Shown here in pieces: positions 16,858 to 23,805 of a DNA stretch of 61,711 nt; positions within the stretch are counted from its first letter, which is position 1, and each line of letters starts with the position of its first letter. The notes below the pieces were generated by a model. The model was not told where the DNA came from. It saw nothing but the letters and a program-made list of their open reading frames with translations, and searched no databases. This stretch comes from Candidatus Gorgyraea atricola (GTDB taxonomy: Bacteria > Omnitrophota > Gorgyraeia > Gorgyraeales > Gorgyraeaceae): assembly GCA_030765235.1 (NCBI GenBank), contig JAVCCW010000018.1:91465-153175 (forward strand), read 5' to 3'. The translations under genes and the position numbers were made by a program.

Positions 16858-16890
16858 CTTAACTTTACATTTTTGTGACACACAGAAAAG
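16858..16890 (-). repeat. second copy of the cttaacttta..ttttgtgacacacagaaaag motif
   Basis: It is identical at 31 of 33 nt to 13665-13697. It lies between the GT2 stop and the -35 of the cassette promoter. Confidence 0.8.
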
Positions 16891-16898
16891 CTGTAGCT

Positions 16899-16924
16899 GT
16901 AGGCCAGGTTTAAACCTGGCCTAC
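16899..16924. repeat. 26-bp perfect palindrome centred on the GT2 stop codon
   Basis: gtaggccaggttt|aaacctggcctac is a perfect palindrome. The stop TAA (16910-16912) lies at the centre. Confidence 0.85.
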
Positions 16925-17662
16925 TAGCCCAAGATAATGCTCACCTTCTTCTTTTTTGCCGTGTTTGAGGCAGCCTTTAGCGTAGATTTGGCATTTGCGC
17001 TGGAGCTCAGCTGCGACGAGATTGCGCTGGCCTGGGGTGAGTGCACTTGAATCTAGTAGTTTGCGAATTGATTGTATACGATATTTGTCGATACCTGTGG
17101 CGTAAATGGACGATAATTGGTCTGGTCTGCCGCCGTCTTTTAAGGTCAGGGGCTTGTCTATCAGCAGGAATTCGTGGTTTACGCTTGTGCGGAGCCAGAA
17201 ATCATAGTCTTCGCAGCATGGGAGGTTTTCGTTAAAGACTCCCACTCTATCAAAAAGTTCACGCCGCACCATTACTGTGGACATGCTTACGACACATAAA
17301 GGCAGACATTTATCAAAAATATACCCAGAATGCTTTTTGTGTTTTTTCTTCTGGTTAAGAAGTTTGCCATTTTTATACCATATCTCTTGCGTGTGTGAAA
17401 TGAGACGCTGGGGGCTTTTCTGCATTGCGTCGATTTGTATGGCAAGCTTATCTTTGTCCCACCAGTCATCTGAGTCGAGAAATGCTATAAAAGGTTTTGT
17501 GGATTTTTCTATTCCTCTATTTCGCGCCCATGCAGGGCCTTTCTGAGCAGTGTCTTCGATAACGATCAACTCAAAATCTTTATATGTCTGGGATGAGACT
17601 GAATCTATGGCCTTTTTTAAAAGAGTTGGGCGATTATAGGTGGGGATAATGACGCTTATCAT
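16910..17662 (-). CDS. family 2 glycosyltransferase
   Basis: MISVIIPTYNRPTLLKKAIDSVSSQTYKDFELIVIED plus a DSDD motif give the GT2 pattern. The stop codon lies at the centre of a 26-bp perfect palindrome. Confidence 0.85.
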   Translation of the reverse strand: MISVIIPTYNRPTLLKKAIDSVSSQTYKDFELIVIEDTAQKGPAWARNRGIEKSTKPFIAFLDSDDWWDKDKLAIQIDAMQKSPQRLISHTQEIWYKNGKLLNQKKKHKKHSGYIFDKCLPLCVVSMSTVMVRRELFDRVGVFNENLPCCEDYDFWLRTSVNHEFLLIDKPLTLKDGGRPDQLSSIYATGIDKYRIQSIRKLLDSSALTPGQRNLVAAELQRKCQIYAKGCLKHGKKEEGEHYLGLVGQV

Positions 17663-17668
17663 GTCTGG

Positions 17669-18166
17669 TCATTCTATTGTGATTTTGCCTGTACTTCCGA
17701 TTATTGAGATGGTTCTGGATTCGCCGCGCTTGTCAGCAATGGTGATGGAGCCGCTTATGCCTTTTATTGCGCCTGTTGAAAAAAAAGTGACTTTGTCCTC
17801 TTCAAAGGTTATAGGGTCGTCCTTCTCGCCTTCTTCAGTCTCTGGGACTTTGAATTCTATAGAACGCGAAAGTCTTCTTTTCTTTTCAAAAATAGCTCCA
17901 GTAGAATCCTCTATCCAGTATTCTCCCTCTTCTATATCAAACACAACTGTATTTTCTTCCCTGTGTGTAATAGCATTGCTTCTTGCAACGCGCAATGTAC
18001 CCATGATAGCCCTTGCAGAAGTTTTTATGCGCAAACCCTTGCCAAATCCAGACGTAAACGGCAAAGAAATCCCAAGAAGCATCGCAATAATAGCCAATAC
18101 AACAAGCATCTCCACTAACGTGAAACCAATTTTACCAATTCGTAATGTCGTCTTTTTCTGTTCCAT
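17669..18166 (-). CDS. minor pseudopilin (GspH-like) with prepilin N-terminal methylation motif
   Basis: It has a G/FTLVEMLVVLAIIAMLLG prepilin cleavage and methylation motif. The start is uncertain: in-frame ATGs lie at 18214, 18178 and 18166. I chose 18166 to minimise overlap with gspG. Confidence 0.7.
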   Translation of the reverse strand: MEQKKTTLRIGKIGFTLVEMLVVLAIIAMLLGISLPFTSGFGKGLRIKTSARAIMGTLRVARSNAITHREENTVVFDIEEGEYWIEDSTGAIFEKKRRLSRSIEFKVPETEEGEKDDPITFEEDKVTFFSTGAIKGISGSITIADKRGESRTISIIGSTGKITIE

Positions 18167-18566
18167 CGCCTTTTCCATTTGGGCCCAGGGAATAAATGTC
18201 GTATGAATATTCATTGTTCACGCCAGGGTTCGTATAAACATAGGGATTGCCCCATGCATCGAGATATGCGCCTTCTTCGTCCCGCTCTTTGTCTTTGATC
18301 TTCATATACGGGCCGCTCCAGTCAAGATCTTCTGGGTCTTCTGTTAAAGCTGCGACCAAATTCACGTTGCCAGATTCAGGATATTCGCCCATGTCTGTCT
18401 CATACATGCTTATGGCTGTCTCCATCGTGGCGATCTGCGCCTTTGCCTTAGTCATGGCGCCACGCTTCCTAGCCTGCTGCGCACCACTAACTACCATACC
18501 AGCAAGAATGGTGATGATTGCTATCACAACTAAGAGTTCGATCAAGGTAAAGCCTTTATTTTTCAT
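18132..18566 (-). CDS. gspG: major pseudopilin, type II secretion GspG family
   Basis: MKNKGFTLIELLVVIAIITILAG prepilin motif plus the GspG-like core (DAWGNPYVY). Confidence 0.8.
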   Translation of the reverse strand: MKNKGFTLIELLVVIAIITILAGMVVSGAQQARKRGAMTKAKAQIATMETAISMYETDMGEYPESGNVNLVAALTEDPEDLDWSGPYMKIKDKERDEEGAYLDAWGNPYVYTNPGVNNEYSYDIYSLGPNGKGDGTEKDDITNW

Positions 18567-18598
18567 AACTCACCTTTCTTCAGCGTATTTCCGCGTCT

Positions 18599-18670
18599 CA
18601 ACTTTACTTGGCAAGGCTGGACCTCGGCTTTTTTAAAAAAGCCGAGGTCCAGCCTTGCCAAGTAAAGTTG
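18599..18670. repeat. 72-bp perfect palindrome of the GCCGAGG family (gspE-gspG spacer)
   Basis: The 36-nt arm caactttacttggcaaggctggacctcggctttttt and its exact reverse complement abut at 18634/18635. TTCCGCG boxes flank it at 18589, 18674 and 18684. Confidence 0.9.
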
Positions 18671-18691
18671 AGCTTCCGCGGGGTTCCGCGA

Positions 18692-20215
18692 TTATACATA
18701 CTCCTTCGTCTCGCGCAAGACCTCTTCCACGCCAGTCTCCCCAGCAATGATCTTTGCTATACCGTCCTGACGCAATGTCTTCATGCCGAGTTGTTGCGCA
18801 GCGATTCTGATCTCTGAGGAACTCGCGCGTTTTACAATGAGGTCTCTTATTTTTTCCTCCATTATAAACAATTCGTATATCCCTACGCGGCCCTTATATC
18901 CTGAACCATTGCATTCTGAACAACCCTTGCCTTTATAAAATTTTACACCTTTTAGCTCGTCCGCTGAAAGGCTTAGTTCAGAGATCTCATTCTTCTGGGG
19001 CTCGTATGGCTTTTTGCATTTCCGGCAAAGCAGTCTCAATAGCCTCTGCGCAATAACTACCCTCACAGTAGATGTTATAAGAAATGGCTCCACGCCCATG
19101 TCCATTAGCCTTGTGATAGCGCCTGGCGCGTCATTGGTATGCAGGGTACTAAAGACCAGGTGGCCTGTGAGCGCGGACTGAATCGCTATTTCTGCTGTTT
19201 CAGAATCGCGGATCTCTCCCACCATTAAGATATCAGGGTCCTGCCTCAGCATATGGCGCAATGTCTTTGCGAATGTAAGGTCTATCTTGGTATTTATTGC
19301 TATTTGTATAATACCCTCTATGTCATATTCAACAGGGTCCTCAGCAGTAATTATCTTGGATTCGATCTTATTTATCTCCCGTAAACACGAGTACAGTGTT
19401 GTTGTCTTTCCGCTACCTGTTGGACCAGTAGTAAGTATTATGCCATTGGGCCTGTCTATTGCCTTTCTGAGCTTAGATTTAACGTCGTCATTCATGCCGA
19501 GCTGGTCAAGCGACAGGCTCACAACACTTTTATCCAATACCCTCAGGACAATGCTCTCGCCATAAAGAGTCGGCAATGTCGAGACCCTCAGATCCACAGA
19601 CTTAGTGCCTATCTCCATCATGATCCTGCCGTCCTGCGGAAGTCTATTCTCTGCAACATCCAGGTTTGCCATGACCTTTATCCTGGAGCTTATGGCAAGG
19701 CTAAGGTCTTTTGGCGGATGCGCGGCATCATAACACACACCGTCTATCCTGTAGCGTATTTTATATTCTTTTTCAAACGGCTCAAAGTGTATATCTGATG
19801 CCTTCTCCCTTATTGCGCGAAGGAGCACCATATTTAATAATTTCACGACTGGCGCCTGCGACGCGATCTCCTTAAGCTTATCTGCATCAGCTGCTGCCTT
19901 GCTCGTGACTTTAGCAGATGTCTTTTTCGCTTCATCAATGATCTCGCCGAGCGACTCTTCTTCCTCGCCATAATAGCGCTCAACTGCCTTTTTTATCTCA
20001 GATTCATCCGCGGCGACCATCTTGATGTTTAATCCTATTACAAAGCGCAGGTCATCCGCCATTTTCATGTTTGACGGATCAGAAACAGCTATAATAATAG
20101 CGCCTTTCTCGATCTTTAGCGGCACAATATTGTAAAACTTCGCAGTGGAGGCTGATATCTTATTGATAGCGGCCCTGTCTATATTAGATAAATTATATTG
20201 CGATTTTTCAGACAT
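18692..20215 (-). CDS. gspE: GspE/PilB-family secretion ATPase (paralogue 1)
   Basis: It has a T2SSE N-terminal domain, Walker A GPTGSGKTTT, Asp and His boxes, and a tetracysteine motif (CRKC...CSEC). Confidence 0.85.
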   Translation of the reverse strand: MSEKSQYNLSNIDRAAINKISASTAKFYNIVPLKIEKGAIIIAVSDPSNMKMADDLRFVIGLNIKMVAADESEIKKAVERYYGEEEESLGEIIDEAKKTSAKVTSKAAADADKLKEIASQAPVVKLLNMVLLRAIREKASDIHFEPFEKEYKIRYRIDGVCYDAAHPPKDLSLAISSRIKVMANLDVAENRLPQDGRIMMEIGTKSVDLRVSTLPTLYGESIVLRVLDKSVVSLSLDQLGMNDDVKSKLRKAIDRPNGIILTTGPTGSGKTTTLYSCLREINKIESKIITAEDPVEYDIEGIIQIAINTKIDLTFAKTLRHMLRQDPDILMVGEIRDSETAEIAIQSALTGHLVFSTLHTNDAPGAITRLMDMGVEPFLITSTVRVVIAQRLLRLLCRKCKKPYEPQKNEISELSLSADELKGVKFYKGKGCSECNGSGYKGRVGIYELFIMEEKIRDLIVKRASSSEIRIAAQQLGMKTLRQDGIAKIIAGETGVEEVLRETKEYV

Positions 20216-21878
20216 CCTGTGTCACCCTTAGCACTTCCTGGATCGTTGTATAGCCTCGCCTTACCTTTTCCAGGCCATCGTCCTTTAAGCCCCGCATGCC
20301 TGCCTCTCTTGCCTTTTGGGCAATCTGAGTGCTGGAGGCATTATTCAATACCATCTCGCGTATCGCGTCAGTCATTGTCAAGAGCTCAAATATACCTATC
20401 CTTCCTTTAAAACCTGTATCACTGCAGGCAGAACACCCTTTACCTTTATAGAGTTCGACCTTTTCGTCTGGGCCTGGCGGCTTTAAACCAAGTAATTTGG
20501 ATTCTTCATCAGAGGGCTTGTAGCCAATCCTGCACGACGGGCATATGGACCTTACTAATCTCTGGGCCAGCACGCCCTGCACTGTTGAAGACGTCAGATA
20601 TGGTTTAATGCCCATATCAACCATTCTCGTAATAGCGCCTGCCGCATCATTTGTGTGTAGTGTGCTGAATATCAAATGCCCTGTAAGAGCAGACTGCACT
20701 GCTATCTGAGCTGTTTCCGTGTCTCTTATTTCTCCGACCATTATAATGTCAGGCGCCTGTCTCAGCATCGACCTGAGACCGCCAGCAAATGTAAGGCCTA
20801 TCTGAGGATGGACCTGCACCTGGTTTATGCCGTCCAGCTGATACTCTACAGGATCTTCTATGGTGATGACCTTGCGTTCTTTCTGATTCACATGACTGAG
20901 TGTTGCATAAAGCGTGGTTGTTTTTCCGCTGCCTGTAGGGCCAGTCACAAGCAGCATACCATTCGGCAGGTTTATCAATCTCTCAAATGCCTTTCGCTGA
21001 TCCGGCATAAATCCCAGGTCCTCAAGCCCGACTAGAAAACTTGATTTATCAAGGATCCTCATGACAACGCTCTCTCCATGTATGCCAGGTAAGCTCGATA
21101 CCCTGAGATCCAATTCCTTTTTATCAATGCCTATTTTTATCCTGCCATCCTGGGGCAGGCGTTTTTCCGCAATATCCATGCCCGCCATGATCTTGAGCCT
21201 ACTTATGATAGAACCCTGCAATCGCTGCGAAGGACCTGGCACCTCATACAAGACCCCGTCTATTCTGTAGCGCACACGAAATTTATGCTCCAATGGCTCA
21301 ATGTGTATATCGCTCGCCCTCTGTTTTACCGCCTCCTGGATAATAAGATTTACCAGTTTTATTATTGGCGCGTCTTCAGTGCTGCCCTTTACAGCCTTTA
21401 TGCCTTCTGAGGCCTTTGCAAAATCAATGCCTGAGGCTTGTTTGGATGCAGGTCCCAGGGCCTTTAGCACTTTATCCAGATCCTTGGTCTGGACAAGCTC
21501 AAACTCAACACTCGCGCCAGTCATCTTTTCCAAGTTTTTCTGGGCTAAAAAATTCAGGGGGTCATCTGTTCCAAGAACAAGATTATTATTCTCTTCTCTT
21601 AGAGGAATCAGTCGATGGGACGGACCAAGATTTACTGGCAGGCGATCCTTAAGCTTATCGTCGATATTCTCGGACTTTATCACTATAGGTAATATGCCTA
21701 TCTGCGGAATAAGGGTCTTGCCTACCTCTTGATTCGACACATAGCCCAGCTTGACCAGAATGCTACTCAGTCTCTGGCCAGTCTTTGCCTGTTCTTCAAG
21801 GGCCTTCTGTATCTTTGCCTCATCCAAAAGCCCGATACCTATCAAAACCTCTTTTACCGCATCCTGTTTTCGTATCAT
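20208..21878 (-). CDS. GspE/MshE-family secretion ATPase (paralogue 2) with MshEN-like N-terminus
   Basis: It has Walker A GPTGSGKTTT and the tetracysteine motif CPSC...CSAC. The N-terminus carries two 24-aa MshEN-type repeats. The ATG at 21878 overlaps the larB stop as ATGA, and the longer track ORF is an extension. Confidence 0.85.
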   Translation of the reverse strand: MIRKQDAVKEVLIGIGLLDEAKIQKALEEQAKTGQRLSSILVKLGYVSNQEVGKTLIPQIGILPIVIKSENIDDKLKDRLPVNLGPSHRLIPLREENNNLVLGTDDPLNFLAQKNLEKMTGASVEFELVQTKDLDKVLKALGPASKQASGIDFAKASEGIKAVKGSTEDAPIIKLVNLIIQEAVKQRASDIHIEPLEHKFRVRYRIDGVLYEVPGPSQRLQGSIISRLKIMAGMDIAEKRLPQDGRIKIGIDKKELDLRVSSLPGIHGESVVMRILDKSSFLVGLEDLGFMPDQRKAFERLINLPNGMLLVTGPTGSGKTTTLYATLSHVNQKERKVITIEDPVEYQLDGINQVQVHPQIGLTFAGGLRSMLRQAPDIIMVGEIRDTETAQIAVQSALTGHLIFSTLHTNDAAGAITRMVDMGIKPYLTSSTVQGVLAQRLVRSICPSCRIGYKPSDEESKLLGLKPPGPDEKVELYKGKGCSACSDTGFKGRIGIFELLTMTDAIREMVLNNASSTQIAQKAREAGMRGLKDDGLEKVRRGYTTIQEVLRVTQDV

Positions 21879-22546
21879 TTGTTTATCATGCTCGCGAAAT
21901 AGCCTGCGCCAAAGCCGTTGTCGATGTTTACGACAGTTACTCCGGGCGAACAACAGTTCATCATGGTCAAAAGCGGCGCAACGCCTTTAAAGCTGGAGCC
22001 ATAGCCGACACTCGTGGGTACTGCTATGACAGGCTTATCTGTAAGTCCTCCCACCACGCTGGCAAGCGCGCCTTCCATGCCCGCGACAACAATAACGACA
22101 TTTGCCTTGGAGAGTTCTTTTACCTTGTCAAGTAACCGGTGTATGCCAGCTACTCCCACATCGTATATCGTCTTTACTTTGTTGCCCATTACCTCCAGCG
22201 TAAGCCTTGCCTCTTCAGCAACAGGTATATCTGCCGTACCTGCTGTCAGGATCAAAACTGTTTTTTTGCTCTTTAACTTTTTCTTTTTCAAATAAATTAT
22301 CCTGGACGCGGCATCATATTTTAAACTGGGACAGTCTATCTTTAGATAATCGTATAATTTTTCATCAGCTCGCGTAAAAAGGATATGCGGATTTCTTTTT
22401 AAAATATCGTTGAGGATTTTTTTCACATGCTGCGGCTTCTTGCCTTCACAATAGACGACCTCGCCAAACCCCTTGCGAAGCAGCCTGTGATGATCGATCC
22501 TGGCAAATCCTAAATTTTTATAAGGAAGATCTTTTTTTGAGCTCAT
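21875..22546 (-). CDS. larB: LarB-like PurE-family protein (nickel-pincer cofactor biosynthesis carboxylase/hydrolase)
   Basis: It has a PurE-like C-terminal domain (LTAGTADIPVAEEA, VVAGMEGALASVVGGL, VPTSVGYG) and the LarB-type N-terminus. Confidence 0.8.
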   Translation of the reverse strand: MSSKKDLPYKNLGFARIDHHRLLRKGFGEVVYCEGKKPQHVKKILNDILKRNPHILFTRADEKLYDYLKIDCPSLKYDAASRIIYLKKKKLKSKKTVLILTAGTADIPVAEEARLTLEVMGNKVKTIYDVGVAGIHRLLDKVKELSKANVVIVVAGMEGALASVVGGLTDKPVIAVPTSVGYGSSFKGVAPLLTMMNCCSPGVTVVNIDNGFGAGYFASMINK

Positions 22547-22836
22547 TTAAAAATAAAATATAAAATGACTACTATTGCTGCGGCTGAATAGATATAAAAA
22601 TCATTGAAATAAAAAAAGTCTTTTATGCCATCGAGGAAGGTGCGAGGTTCTCTTAGTTCACGTCTTCTTGGAGACCTGCGACGATAAAGATTAAGGTCAT
22701 CGACTCTGAATCTAGTGTAAATCCCGCCTATCTTATAGGTAGGCACCTTGCTTCTTTCAGATAGTTTCTGTAATTCAGTAGCAGGCAGACCTAGATAGTC
22801 TGCCGCTTCTTCTAGTGTCAAAAATTTCTTCATCAT
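22543..22836 (-). CDS. excisionase-type HTH (HTH_17-like) protein with C-terminal transmembrane helix
   Basis: LTLEEAADYLGLPATELQKLSERSKVPTYKIGG resembles MerR/excisionase-type HTH domains. The C-terminus is hydrophobic (IYSAAAIVVILYFIF). Confidence 0.6.
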   Translation of the reverse strand: MMKKFLTLEEAADYLGLPATELQKLSERSKVPTYKIGGIYTRFRVDDLNLYRRRSPRRRELREPRTFLDGIKDFFYFNDFYIYSAAAIVVILYFIFK

Positions 22837-22850
22837 AATTTTTTTGCCTG

Positions 22851-23369
22851 CTATCTAGCTTTTTCCTTTGCTATCCACTCATCCACTCTTAGCCTGTCAA
22901 ACCTCCACTCTTTACCGTCTTTAAACGCGGGTATCTTTCCTGAATTTGCCCAGTCCATTATATTTGAGGCCTCTACCTCAAGGTACTTTGCCAGCTCATT
23001 CACGCTAAAGACCCTGCTTCTTTGGCTAGACTGATTGAGCATGCGGCACTTTCCCTGTATAACAGCGCCTGGCTCAACAGCCAAAACAGGTGTTGTCAAG
23101 TCTCCCACAATATGCGCAGTCGAAAGCACCCTTAATTCTTTTGTAGAAGCGATATTACCTGTGATCTTTCCAGCCACCACCACTTCTTCGCCATTTATGT
23201 CCGCGCGAACAGAGGCATTGTCCCCTATAGTAAGAATACCTTTTGTATCCAGCTTCCCTTCAAAGTCTCCATTGATCCTCAGATTTACAGGATCCTTGAA
23301 CGCCAAAGACCCCTGCATACTGGCATCTACATCCAGTATCTTCTCTTCATTCTTGTCTTTTCTACCCAT
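22851..23369 (-). CDS. bactofilin-domain protein fused to C-terminal excisionase-type HTH
   Basis: It has a bactofilin-like beta-helix repeat pattern (LRINGDFEGKLDTKGILTIGDNASVRADINGEEVVVAGKITGNI...VEPGAVIQGKC). The C-terminal segment is SVNELAKYLEVEASNIMDWANSGKIPAFKDGKEWRF. The ATG at 23369 is preceded by AAAGGAGG. Confidence 0.7.
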   Translation of the reverse strand: MGRKDKNEEKILDVDASMQGSLAFKDPVNLRINGDFEGKLDTKGILTIGDNASVRADINGEEVVVAGKITGNIASTKELRVLSTAHIVGDLTTPVLAVEPGAVIQGKCRMLNQSSQRSRVFSVNELAKYLEVEASNIMDWANSGKIPAFKDGKEWRFDRLRVDEWIAKEKAR

Positions 23370-23388
23370 ATCCTGCCTCCTTTCTTTT

Positions 23389-23805
23389 TTACACAACCTT
23401 TCTCAATACATAAAGTGCGGCCAGGGCAATAGCGGTTGTTACATATCCTGCTACATAAAAACCGCAGCCAACTGCCAGGCCTATACCTGCAACAGTCCAT
23501 AAACTCGCTGCTGTTGTAAGGCCCATAACAGATGCGCCCGAACGTATAATCGTGCCTGCGCCTAAAAATCCAATGCCTGTCAGCACCCCAGCAGCTATCC
23601 TTGCCGGATCTGCAGTACCAACACTGCCATACGTCATGGCTATATACAAAGAGGTCAACATGACAAGTGCAGACCCAACGCAAACAAGTATATGCGTCCT
23701 GAACCCGGCAATTTTTTTATTGTGCTTCTCCCTCTCGATACCGACTAAACCACCCAACAGCGCAGCCAACCCCAATCTCACAATCACCTGCATATCTGTA
23801 ATCAT
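23389..23805 (-). CDS. mgtC: MgtC/SapB-family membrane protein
   Basis: RLGLAALLGGLVGIEREKHNKKIAGFRTHILV is the MgtC N-terminal membrane domain signature. Confidence 0.8.
   Translation of the reverse strand: MITDMQVIVRLGLAALLGGLVGIEREKHNKKIAGFRTHILVCVGSALVMLTSLYIAMTYGSVGTADPARIAAGVLTGIGFLGAGTIIRSGASVMGLTTAASLWTVAGIGLAVGCGFYVAGYVTTAIALAALYVLRKVV

Noticed and set aside
17669-21878. Calling the locus a complete type II secretion or type IV pilus system
   Set aside because: Only ATPases and pseudopilins are present in the window. The platform protein, secretin, prepilin peptidase and alignment proteins are not seen, so the system type cannot be assigned from this window.
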